Shown here: one piece after another, positions 38,101 to 51,227 of the stretch
Layout: each line of letters begins with the position of its first letter
How positions within the stretch are numbered: the first letter of the stretch is position 1
Source of the DNA: Oopsacas minuta
Lineage: Eukaryota; Animalia; Porifera
DNA length: 64,000 nt
Assembly (NCBI GenBank): GCA_024704765.1
Contig: JAKMXF010000361.1
Coordinates: 77,289 to 141,288, forward strand
Direction of reading: 5' to 3'
Position numbers and translations under genes: made by a program
Notes under the pieces: model-generated
Database searches by the model: none
What the model was told of the DNA's origin: nothing
What the model saw: the letters and a program-made list of their open reading frames with translations, nothing else

Positions 38101-41100
38101 CAGTCATACAGTTCGTCTGATTGCAAGGAATATTGAAATAACGTTGTAGAGAATAACTACTGAAAATTACTTAATGAAATTACCAAATTTCCCTATAACC
38201 AGGTGTGTTTGCAGGAATATTAGGAGGGAAGGGGGTTGAAACTACAAACCCCTAATAGACCACACTGGGTTGAAACCTGACCAACCGGACCGTCTCCGAC
38301 GACCATGACATATAATATACACTATTCAAATTTCGTACTAGTCCTCACCTTGTTCACACAATTCTCCAATATATCCAGCAAAACAGTTGCAGGTGAAATC
38401 AGTAGTAGTGATTCTAATACAATCTCCGTTTCCACTACAAGAGCTGTATTCACAAGGATCTATCATAATTTCACACGTAGGTCCTGTGTAGTTAGAGTTA
38501 CAGTCACAAGAGAAAGAACCTAATGTGTTGATGCAAGTACCAGCTGATGAGCAGGGAGATTCCATACACTCATTTACGTCATCAGTACAAGTTAATCCTG
38601 TAAATCCTTCTAAACAAGAGCAAGAGTATGAGCCATTATTATTCATACAAATTGCATTGTTCTGGCATGGAACAGGTTGTATACTGCATTCATCAATATC
38701 AAATTCACAATGTGGCCCTAAAGAGAAGTAGATAACTACTCTTATGAGCCCTGGGTAATAATTTCGAAAAATTATTAGCAAGGGCTCAACCAATATACAG
38801 TGATAGAAGTTTGAAATTTGAATCACAGGTACTCCTCAATGTGCCAAATGTTCTGACGTCGTGATTTTGGCTAAATTAAATTAATTATGGGATTATTACA
38901 TCACCATGACTGTACAAAAAGATATTTTGAGAATTTAATAGTACTCGAAGCACAAAGTGCAGATTACTACCGAAGAAGGCAAATAAATGGAATTTGGATG
39001 GACCATGGATAAAAAGTACATTTCTGCCATTTCATACACTCGAGGCAAGAAGTGCCGAGTATATTCCGTCGCATAGCGACCAGAAGTACTAAGAAAATTA
39101 GCTTTTAAATACTTAAGCTAACCTGAGGTACTAAGCTGTCGCGTAGCGACCGAGCAAGGGGAGCACGCTAGTATTGTCATAAGACCAAAATAGGCCACTT
39201 TAATCACAGAGATATTTGTGTAACTTTTTGTCAGTTGATCTTCTATGGGCAATTAACCAATCTAAACCAACAAGACAAAACTTGGAACCGAGACCGACTA
39301 GTCAACTTGGGTGTGGTCATGATAGTTTAGAATTTTATACAAGGTGTGACCATAGCCCGCAAGAGTTTGAAACCTTGCTGTAATTGTTAGTTAAACAAGT
39401 ATATACTACGTAGAATGTTAGCAACCCACCTGTATACCCGATAGTACAATTACAAGTGAAATTCCCTCCGTCATCCTGCTGGCAAATTGCTCCATTCTCA
39501 CAAAGAGAGTACAAACAAGGATACAGAAACACGTCACATAGACTGCCAGTGAAATTCTCACCGCAAACACATACAAATCCATTAACAACATCTAAACATG
39601 TAGACCCATTCAGACAGGGGTTACCAATGCACTCATCGATATCAAGTTGACAGTCTACACCCGTGTAACCGGGGTCACACTGACAAGTATAGGAATTCTT
39701 CCCGTTAACACACAGGCCGTTTAAACAGGGAGAGGATGAGCACTCATTAACATCTTCCTGACACATCAACCCTGTGTAGCCAGAAGGACAGTAGCACTCA
39801 AATCCAGACCCTACTGGAACACAGTGACCTCCATTCACACATGGAGAGGAGAGACATTGATTCACTTCTTCTGTACAGTTTGTACCTGAGATAGAGAGAG
39901 AATGATAATCGCTCAGTAATAGTTTTAAACATTGATTACATATTAGCCATTGGATAAGTCGTTCCTTATCCGAGTTACATGCTATTCATATTCGTAATAA
40001 CGAGTCTACTGTAGTGAGCATCGAGAAACATCAATAATAGATTAATAAATATGAATAAATCAAACAGACTATATTAAGATAAATAAGACTGAGTAGCAAC
40101 GAGTATAACATAATATTATTTTAATTCCCCTTCATCTTCTCTTTGAGACTCAGCAGGTGTTTCAGGAGGAACATATAGAGGATTCTGCTTAGCAAGGAGT
40201 GATACTAGCTCAGTACATACATGCTCGTCCTCCTGGAATAGATTGTTTTTCAATGAGACTCTCAATAGTCCTGGTTTATATGTATTCTTAGGTTCTGTTG
40301 TCTGCCACATAACAGCAGCTATTAATAAAGATACACTCTCTACTGACATTAAGTTATAAGATAGGTTTAAGCTGAGTAGAGTCATATTCCCTGGAATAAA
40401 TATCTGCTTTTCTCTCATAGATACCTTCTCCAGGAGAGGGTTAGCATACTCAATAGTATCTTGTTTATCAGAATCTATTTGTTCCTGAGGCCTCTTAGCT
40501 ATCTTACTGCCAGCACGTTTCTTAGCACTTTCCACATGTTTAGCTTTTGTTCTTTCAACAGGTTTGGCAGATTTTTCATCTTTTGGTAAGTTCTTTGAAG
40601 TAGCAGTAGCCTTATGTGTAGTAGAGCGTAGTTTAGCAGAACTAGTGCCATCAGGAATAGGGGAGGGAGTACCTTGATGGATACCTAGCTTATTAGGACT
40701 GTCTACAAGTTCTCTTGTGTGAGGATTTTCAGCTGTTAGAGTAGCAAATATGAGAGTTCTACGCTCCATTATTTCTTCATGAGTTAGTGGAAACTCTTGC
40801 AATACAGACTTAGATAAGAAATCTGTCATAACATCAGTGAGAGCGTTACCAGCTAGAGAGATACCGTGTAGAGTTCTGTTTGTTCTAAGTCCCTTCACTA
40901 TATCAATACTCTTAGTGTCATCCAGTTGGTTGTTGGATAAATTCAAGAATATCAGAGATTTATTCTTCCTAAGAGCATTACCTATAGCTATACACTGAGA
41001 AGATGAGAGAGCACATCCACGTAATGAGAGAGTATCAAACACAGATCTCTCTTGTGTGAGGAGAACACTAAAGTCTCCCTCAGGGATAGGGTTACCGTCT

Positions 41101-44100
41101 AGATTGAGCCGTTTAAGAGAAGTGAGACTAGCAGTTAGTGTAGCTAGCTCAGATAGAGTCCTCTTACTCATTCCTACATTCCATAGAGAGAGAGATTGTA
41201 ATTGAGGATAGAAAGGAAAACATACAGACAGTATATTTAACAGCTGGGAGGTTAGCTTATAGCCTCTGAAAGAGAATTGTTTCAACGTAGACAAGTCATG
41301 TTCATCTTCATAACAAACTTCAATACGTGGAGATATATATTCTGCATTAGGAACAAGTTTGTAGCTGTGAAGGGATGAGATATCTTCGTGCTTTGCTCCG
41401 TTAGAAGAAGAAAGTTTTTCTTCAGAAGATCGAGGCTTATGAACTACAGGTATTTCATATATTCCCTCTTTCTTACAGAGTTTAGTGAAGTCTTCAGGGA
41501 ATATACCTTTAGGAGTGTAGACAGAGTCATCTTCTGTGCCCTCTTGAGTGGGGTTAGGCGTTTTTAACTTTTCACTTTTCTTGCGCATTCTACTCTTTGT
41601 TAATTATGTAATTTGTTAGAACACCCTCACTGATCCGAACAACACTCCAATTACAAATAAATTGTTAGGATTCGTGAAATGCATTGAATTAATGCTATAG
41701 TAAGCTTCGGATTTAACAACATTGGTTCTAGCGACAAATCGCTTATAACGACACTTACTCTAGCCCATATATCTCCAGCAATATTTCTACACACCATACT
41801 TCAGGTATAATGACATGTTAGATAAGGACACTTCGGATATATCGACACTTTTCCATGCCTGATGCATCTAAATTACATCGGAAATTACGACTTTGGCGAA
41901 TTTTATACTGTGTAATGCAGAAATGCTTTCTGTATATGCAGGAACTTAGCAAAATCAGTCTAATTTGTAAATAATTGGGTTTGTATTTATCTAACTATAC
42001 AGAATATACCATTAAACTTCTCTTGTTTTGAATCATACATTTTCCGTCTAAACAAATGGAAACGCATTTAAATATAGTCATTATGTACAATGTAATTTCG
42101 AATAATTTCTAAACCTACATATCATCATCCTTATAGATTCAGGCGGAGTTGGCTAACGGAAGCGACAAGTATTGAGTAATCTATATTACACTTACATGTA
42201 CATACAGCCTTTATGCAACTATATATTACTCATTATACTAATATCACCAAACTTGTTCGTCATATGTATAGTTTGGTTTTCGCATGAGCGTTGCAACATA
42301 TTAAAATGAATGTATTTGGAGTCCATCAAAGTATATACTATATACAATACATTCGGAGTAACTTCGGATTTAGCGACACATCCTATATAACGAGCTATTT
42401 TGCTTGCCCAAATGAGTGTCATTAAATCCGAAGTTTACTGTAGTTCAGTTTTCCGAACAAACGATGAAAAGGGTGCCAACATGTGTAATTCAGTATTATG
42501 TATTTGTTCGCAGTAGAATTGGACACAGCACGGGAAATAAAAAGAACATTATTGAAAATTTTCCAAAGGTTTTGTATCAATTAGGGCCTGTTCGGATTAG
42601 CGAGGGTCTACTGTAATTAAAATAATTAGACATCAAACTAACATTAAATAAATGAGAATTATTGATACAAATATAAAGTAACCAGTTCATTCTCATTAAT
42701 CAATAACATTACTGTTAATATAATATATTCACTTCTCGTAGGGAGAGGATTCATTGTCAGGATGTTCAATATCACTTTCTGAGTCTGATTCATTCGGACC
42801 ACGAGCCTTATGGTGAATACAACAACAATTAGATTTCTTCTTCCCCATGTGTTCGTTATCAATCACATCTTCTGACCATTTAATCTCCTTTTTAGGTTTC
42901 TTCTTAAGTATCAATATTTGTTTAGAATCAGTGGGTTCAGTAATCTTAGTAGTAGTAGTGGTAGTAGTAGTAGCTGTAGTGGGAGTCTTAGTGGTCTTTG
43001 TTCTTGTTGACATTTAGCTAGTTTTACTTAATTAAACAAATAAATATTTAAATAAAAATAAATGCCCAGCTATAATAATAAAGAGAACACAATACTCAAA
43101 TAGGCAATTTAATATACAAATGTGAGAGTAGTGGCCAAGTACATTACATCACTACCTACTGAGTCTGGTAAAATTCGCTACTCACAAGGGTGATCATATA
43201 ATCGACAACTACATTACCACACTTGCATATAATATATACGTTAAATTTGTTTATATCCATAATTGTCCACCAGTGAGTTAGGACTTAGGAGTCATATATG
43301 CACTATTAGGGGAACTGATGTTTTATGAAATTAAGTAACCAACTTGAATGAACTATTGAGTACAGATTATGGATAATTACTATTAGACAACACTTATTGT
43401 AGTGAGTAAATAATTACAAGACTAAGCATTTAACTTTAATACATAGCACATCGTGACTTACTACAATAAATGTACGAATAATAAACATCAGAGGCTAGGT
43501 AATCAAATACGATGTATGCAGGAGAGCATGAGAGACAGAGAGACAGCTGTTGTAATAAACACAAACAGAGCAAATAGGATAGACCAGATAGGTTCACGAT
43601 AACAGTACACATACAGAGTACGTTGGTAGTAATATTCGGTCGAGACGAAGCTAGAATTATAGTAAATTACGTCAAAATTTGAATGAGATAATTCTGAAAA
43701 GGAAACAATATAATCGATTGTTCTTAAAGATGAATTATTCACAAAAAAGTGGTATTTTTGTCCTGATATCGCGACATTGCGTAATAATAACCAGTATCCG
43801 AAGCTTTACAATATGATAGATAACAGTGAATATATCGAGGATATACGCAAAAATCTAAATCGAAGAGAAACAACTTAGGAGCCACGTATCTATCAGATGT
43901 GTTATGAAATGGATTCAGCTGGAATACAGTAGAGTTAGCAATCATCCAAATACACATGTAGGTTATATTCTGATATTTGGTAGTAAATGGTTGTAGCTTT
44001 GCTTGTATTATTGTCATATTTCAAGCCTTGTAGGTAATCTAAACAACCATAATTCGAATTAGGCAGATGATAAGAAGAATTAAATTTATATTTACATATG

Positions 44101-47100
44101 ATTGGCTGGTTGTTCAACTGAGAATTCTATGTAAGGACAATCTTGTGATGGTTTATATACTTCACCTCTTGCTATTGGGACTCTACTAGAATATGTCTGT
44201 ATCATGAGCGGAGATAGAAGCAAAGAATACAATACACTAACAGTAGTAATGATAGATATATAAGCTACTAACATAGCTCTATCTTTGAGCTTTTAGAAAG
44301 TATGATGAAGATGATCCTGATTAGTCAATGTAGGTGTGTCGTCAGTTTTCACATCAGCTGTGTGGAATCCTGAGAACTTTACCTTAGTACGGTCACGGAA
44401 AACTAACCATACAATAACAATAAAGAGAGAGCATAGGATGCTTGGGAGGAATGACAAGATGGATAACACCATCATAGCGTATTTATCACAATTTGAATCA
44501 AGCTTAGATGACCGGATATGTAATCTCCATCGGTTGAGGAATTTCCTATTAATAAGTTTCAATACCATTTGCTAAGACATAACAGTAACCAGAGAAGAAT
44601 ATTAACGAAATTATAAACATTTCAATGAAAGAGAAAACGTTTAGAGAGTAAGTTCCCCAGGCGACTGTCCTTAAGAGTCTAAAAGCGCGTACTTTGTCTT
44701 CATAGCGATATCTCTCCAGGTACTCCGTGTTTATACCTCTAATGAAATCCTTTATGTACTTAGTAGCAGTTCTTAATGTCATTCTTACAAATGTGAATAC
44801 AAAGAAAAGTCGACTGAATGTGTCAAATAGATAGAATATGCCGAATATAACCGAAGATAGAGAAAATAATCAAAAATAAAGATGGTTACGAAATATGAAA
44901 TTAACAAAGACAATACATTCCCAATGTTGAATTCCAAAAGAAATAAGTACACCAATCGGAAGATAATAAAAGTCAAAATTCTACTGAAATAAAACTTCTT
45001 CCTTTTCAAATAGTTAGCGATTTGTAACAACAAACTAGGACCAAACAACACTATTCCTTCTTGGAGAGCGAAAGAAATGGAACCTACAACATAACTGATT
45101 TGGAATTGATGGTCTCATACGTTATTAGTAACAGAGACTGACAAATAGATTTGAAATATTACATTAAACACGTTGAACCCTGAAATGCATAGAACTATTC
45201 CTAAAGAAACGCTTGAAAATGTTGGTAGTAGGCAGTTATTATCTGCTTACCATCAGGATCAGGAGTGTGGTATTTAACTATGTTACGATATTTTAAAACT
45301 TGCATAATTAACTGACCAGCTAAACGTGTGTTGACTGGGATAGTAAGGAAACAGAAACGGAGAATAGGATAGAAATGACCAGCACGTAGTATTGATTTTC
45401 CGTGTTATTGCAAAGATCATAATTGCGTTCTGTAACACAAACAAGAAATAACTGGTAAACATTTCAAATTCTAGTATCAGTAGTCAATGATAGTACTTCA
45501 TAAGATGAATCACACAACTCATAATGCATACTGTAGATATATGGAGTATCGCATTCCATTTGCTTGAATTCCTTAAAGGACTAGTGTACCAACAGGATTA
45601 TAGGAGGTGTGTACCTCTTTATCTGATGTAAATGGTGGAACGACGAAATTTGTATTCTTAATTGGAATACGTATTAACTCATTGAAAAGTGTACAACAAA
45701 TATGTCTATTATCAATCCGGATCAGAGTACTAACCCTGTTGGAAATAATAAAGTTATATTGCATTAAATAAAGATTAAGCGGGCACCAAATTAATATACT
45801 CTGACATAACTCTATGTAAAATATATTAATTAAGTATAATGGAGAATTATGTTGGGTACTATATTGACTTGTGCGTCCCTTGGAGATTGAGACCCGACCA
45901 AATGGCCCCCCATAGCGCACAGAGGTACTGTATAACAGTGTATATACAATAACAATATATAAAACTACCTGTGTATGTCTCGGTACAAGTACAGTTATAA
46001 CTGAACTCAGTAGTAGTACACACTCCACCATTCTCACAAGGAGTAGGGTCACAAGGATTGAATATTGATTCACAGCGGGCACCAATAAATCCACTAGGAC
46101 AGTCACAAAAGAGTTCGGTTTCTGACAGCTGACATGCGCCATTATTCTCACAAGAATCTGGTTGACATGAAATACACGAACTACCTAAACAAATGGTCAT
46201 AACTGTTAATACAAATACAAAATCTTACTAGAGAACATGGGAGGATATCGTATATATAAAATAATACTATAAGAGTATATGCTTATGTGAAAAATTTGTA
46301 AATACAGTGATATTCTCAAAAAAATGAGCACTTTATATAAATTTCATCTAGTTGGGCTTTACAAGGCAAACATCAACATTCACAAAAGTTAAACAAATAT
46401 TATTCCCCTGCATATGATCCTGGGTAGCTCGTAAAGCAGTAATACATACCGGATTGTATAGAGTCCTGTGGACAGCTGCAGGTAAAGTTACAGATAGAAT
46501 TGTTGAGTAAGGTATCACATGAAGGATCACAAACTGAATCTGATTCACATTGAGAGCTTGATAAAATGCTATAGAGAAACAACAAATTTAGGTTTAACTC
46601 AAACTTAAATGAAATACAAGAATAACTACAATCAGTCAATCTGAATACTAATGTTAACCTGCTATTAGAAGTAGGTGTAAGAACATTAAGGAATACAGGC
46701 TGATCTAAGTAGACAGGGTTGCTGATACAGCCTCTACACGCAGAAGAGGAAGTGGAAGGGAAATAAGTTAGTGTTGAATCGTAGCCAAGAGTTATTTCAT
46801 TCTGAGGGGAGAATATATTACTGAGGCTTGGGTCTACAATACAATAAAACATAATATATCAAATGTTAATACATACGCATGATTTCTTGTGGTCAAGGTC
46901 ATGAAATTATGTTTGGATCGCATAATATCTTATATTATTGGTAGCGAATTCGCTAAGAATAACCAATACAGTATTACTAAATGATTTGAAAGATCTCGAA
47001 TAAAACAGAAATATTAAATCAATATACGAGACCTTTAAGTTTGACTATGTAGGTATACTTCCAATTTTTCACTTTCTAAATTAGCATACGTCCATTATTG

Positions 47101-50100
47101 TCGCCCTTAATCTAGGAGAACGCCACACAACCATGGCCATGATATGGCCGCAAAATTGAAGGAATAATGTATATGGGGTGAAAACCCAAACATATGTATA
47201 GGAGCAAAAGATGTGTCCCAAGCGTGCGGAATAATATTATAAGATGACATAATGTAGGATATTAAATATTATTATTACCTGTATACTCTCCTATCTGGTT
47301 ACTATCCAACAGTAGAATAACATAATTATCAGATCTAACAAGTAGTATAGTGTGAGGAGAGGAATCATTTATAAAGACAGAAGACTGTCTAACATATAGC
47401 TGGTTAATCTGTAAGTTTACCAAACCATCTGTTAGAAAAACGAGTAGATGAGAAGATGAGTTAGTACCAAGCTGTATCAAGATGCAGTCACTCACTCTAC
47501 AAGATGCAATGACTATTGAGTATATTCAGATAGTATATAGTAATGCTGGTAATCCTGCCATTGGATATTTTGAAATGTTATTCTTTCGTATATATCTATA
47601 TTATTAAATCTCAATTGTTGTTTGTTTGTTTGTCCGTTGTCAAGGAAAGGATTTAAGGTACGGTATGCAATTTTGAATTTTCGCATAGCTATGTATTTAT
47701 CGTGTTTATCAAGGAAGTAATTAGAATTCAATAAAACTTCACAGAATATATCGAAAATGCTGAATCCGATTTTCACACTTTTGGATTAATCATATGTAAA
47801 TTTAATGTTGTTTTTATGAATATAAAGTAAAATCTCAAAATTGAGGGAAAATCATACTTTCGACGACTATACTGGGGTATTCGAGTATGTTGAGGCTGAA
47901 TATTGTAAACAATATCAATGCGTTGAATACCTCGAGGGGCGATCTGACGAGCCAAAGGCTCGTTGTTTTGTATATTTTAAGACAAAATGAGACTGTTAAA
48001 TTAAAGATGGAAATTAATCAAGAATAACACTGGTCGTAGTTAGTGTATCAGACCTGGGCCTGACCAATGGCTATGGGACTTCTGGGGAATTTCTCGGCTG
48101 CCACACGCTAATCCGTCCCTGCTTGTAGGTATGCATAAGTTGAATATTCGATAAGTGATTTATTACTAAATACAATACATATATTGCAAAATACAAGTAA
48201 CTAAGAATTGATTTCTTCTCGTGGCTGTGTAACTATATCTGAACAGATCTCAAGTCTTGATAAGACCCTCTCCTTCCCTAGAATACTAACCAGATTCCCG
48301 ATAGTTGGACCCTTATAACAACCTGATAAAGCTAGACGTAACAATGTAAGGAGCTCTTGAGTACTAACGTGTAGCTCCATGGCCCATTTTGAGTAGGATA
48401 CCTCAGCCAGGTCCTGAAAGAAATCCAGATTCCTGAACTTGCTAATTACATTCAGTAATAAGTCAGGGAGTGAATCAATAGAGATAGAATCAGTGTATGC
48501 TAGCAAGAGATCAGGTGTAGGGTTCTTCCAGAAGTAGCTGTGTTGTTCTGTTATCTCCTTCAGCAATATTATGCGAGTAGGGAAGGCTTGTAATACACTT
48601 TCTATATACTGTATGTTCCTATATTCATCTGGAGCTGAGGGATAGTAATCTGTTTGTGAAAGAAGTTCTTCTAATTCAGATACCAAACTACCTCTTAGTT
48701 TGTCATCTGTTATCAGTCTATCTAAATGCATCTTATTATACCAACCAAACTTCCTAAGAGAAACTCCAGCATTGCTAGTGTGAATATCATTCAGATTAAA
48801 ATTCTCAATCAATTCCTCACGAATGAATAACTCTACCTTGTTCTTCGGTTTGAATGTAATGAGAGAGACTGCATTGATCACAGCTTCGGGTAGGTAACCT
48901 TCGTCCCTAAAGAATTGTATGCTCGTGTCAGCACGTCGCTTGGATAGTTTAGTTCTGTTTGTCTCGTCTACGAGTAGAGGGAGGTGGGCATAGATAGGTA
49001 GTTCCCAAGATAAGTAATTGGATAAAACCGCGTGTATTGGCAGAGATGATATCCACTCAGCGCCTCTTAACACATGACTTATTTCCATTAGATGATCATC
49101 CACTACGTTAGCCAGGTGGTATGAGGGAAATCCGTTAGATTTCAATAAGATGACGTCATCTAATTTGGAGTGATCAAAACTAATACAATTGAATACTTTG
49201 TCATTTACAGTTACGAATCCAGATTCTGGGGTCTTCAATCTGACCACGTGACTAACATCCTCAGCCTTTTTCCTAGCCTCTGAGGGATCTATACGTCTAC
49301 AGCCACAACGTTCTACTTTCAAAAATGTAGGTATAAATATATCCCTCTTCGGAGGACAGAAACATTGATAAGCATTATTCTCCTGCAATAATTGGGTAAC
49401 AAATTTCTTGTAAATGTCAAGTCGTTGAGATTGGTAGTAAGGGCCATGCCCTCCTTGAGTAGGAAGGTGAGGTCCTTCATTGAACTCTATTCCAAGCCAT
49501 TTCGTTACGGATACTAGGTTTTCAACAGAATTGGGTACTGTACGAGTTGGATCAGTGTCGTCAATCCGGAGAATTAACTGCCCCTTGTTCTGAACTGCGT
49601 AGAAATAGTTGTACAGAAGCGTGCGAAGGCCTCCAATGTGTAACAGCCCTGTGGGACTAGGAGCAAAACGGAGACGATGCATATTTGCTAATCCTCAAAA
49701 TTAATACAATATAAATAGAGCTAGTCACATACAACTAAATTACATGTATAGTCCCACATAGATATAAACTATTAAATATACTCATATTTTTTATAACTAT
49801 AGTACAATATGGAGAGAGCCAAGCATCTAATAGCTATAGTTTTCTTACATTCTCGAGGTTATTCCGAGTTTCTAAAACTATGTACGGGGGCGCTGCATTA
49901 GGTCGAATTCTGGTGTTGGCATCAGGTCGAATTCTGGTGTTGGCATCAGGTCGAATTCCGTGTGTTGGTATTAGGTCGAATTAAGACATTGTGATAGATA
50001 GAATTTATTTTAGCTATGTTGTCGATAGATCGATATAGAAAATGGATTTATGAAAACGAGGACGTGATAGGACATTTTATTGTATTAATTATAAACCCGT

Positions 50101-51187
50101 ACCATTGGGAGGGGATTAGGGATTTTGTTCACTACCTTATCGGTCTGGGAGTTTTCACTTGTACTCGTTATTAAATTACCTAGGGGCGGGGATGTGGAGT
50201 CCATGCTAATTTTGTGTTTGGATGGACCTTTGTTGGATTAATTATTAGAAAAATTTGCAAAATGGGGGATCGCTAGATGTTTTGCTTTTAAAACGTTTGT
50301 GCAGGTTTTTTAGATATTTAAGGAAGCATTCAGTGTTTCTCAAAATATGTATTGGCCTTAAAAAAGAGATATTCATAGCTAATATACATTCGCTCTATCG
50401 ACAACATAGCTAGAATAGAATCCGACTAATGCAACATATTTAATTTGACCTAATTCATACATATTAAATTCGACCCAATGCCAACGCCATAATTCGACCT
50501 AATGCAGGCGCCCCCTATGGGCATGTGACATTCGTGGAAATCTAATTCTATTTCTTGTAATATAACCTTGAATCATTGGCGCCAAGTTTTAGGAAACAAA
50601 ATCAAACCTTGGGGGTCTCGCTCTCCAGGTATCCAAAACTCGGCAAATATACTTTGAATCTCTCAGCCACTCTCACATCTGAACCTGCATCTGGAGTAGC
50701 CATAGGAGGTACAATTAGAATCAAATAAATCTAGTGTATAAAATTAGAGCGTGTTTCGAGGTATTACATAAATATACCCATAATTATTTCTACTTGGGCA
50801 GTCTGTATTAATTCGAGTTCTTTTGAAATCGAATTGAATTGAATTACCATCGAAATTTGTCTAACGATGACTAAAAGCAGCTGTTAGCTAAATAGGTAGT
50901 GTAATATTAATTGATTATTGAGTAGTGACGAAAATATTCAATTCAATTCAGAATAGTATAAACGGATATCTCTTCTTCAATTTTAGGTTAATTTTCTTGA
51001 TCTTTGGCAGATATTATCATCACATCAAGTTCTATCTACTCAATGCTATTTATCATTTCCGGTGTTATCACTTGGGTAATTCTGACAGTTTCCCGATTTA
51101 ACAAAAAGTGGATATTTTAATGATAAATAATGTAAAAAAAAATTAGGAACGCTTCACGATTATGCGTGTCATCCTTGCGCAGGGGCC

Positions 51188-51227
<40 letters not shown>

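Noticed and set aside
32193-39885. Notch, Delta or fibropellin call for the EGF-repeat ORFs
   Set aside because: No LNR, ankyrin or DSL domains; the pieces splice into one LamG/EGF/TM protein with a short Crumbs-type tail.
50185-50205. Second U6-like fragment (CCATGCTAAT)
   Set aside because: Only a 10-nt match, inside a MITE; no other U6 elements nearby.
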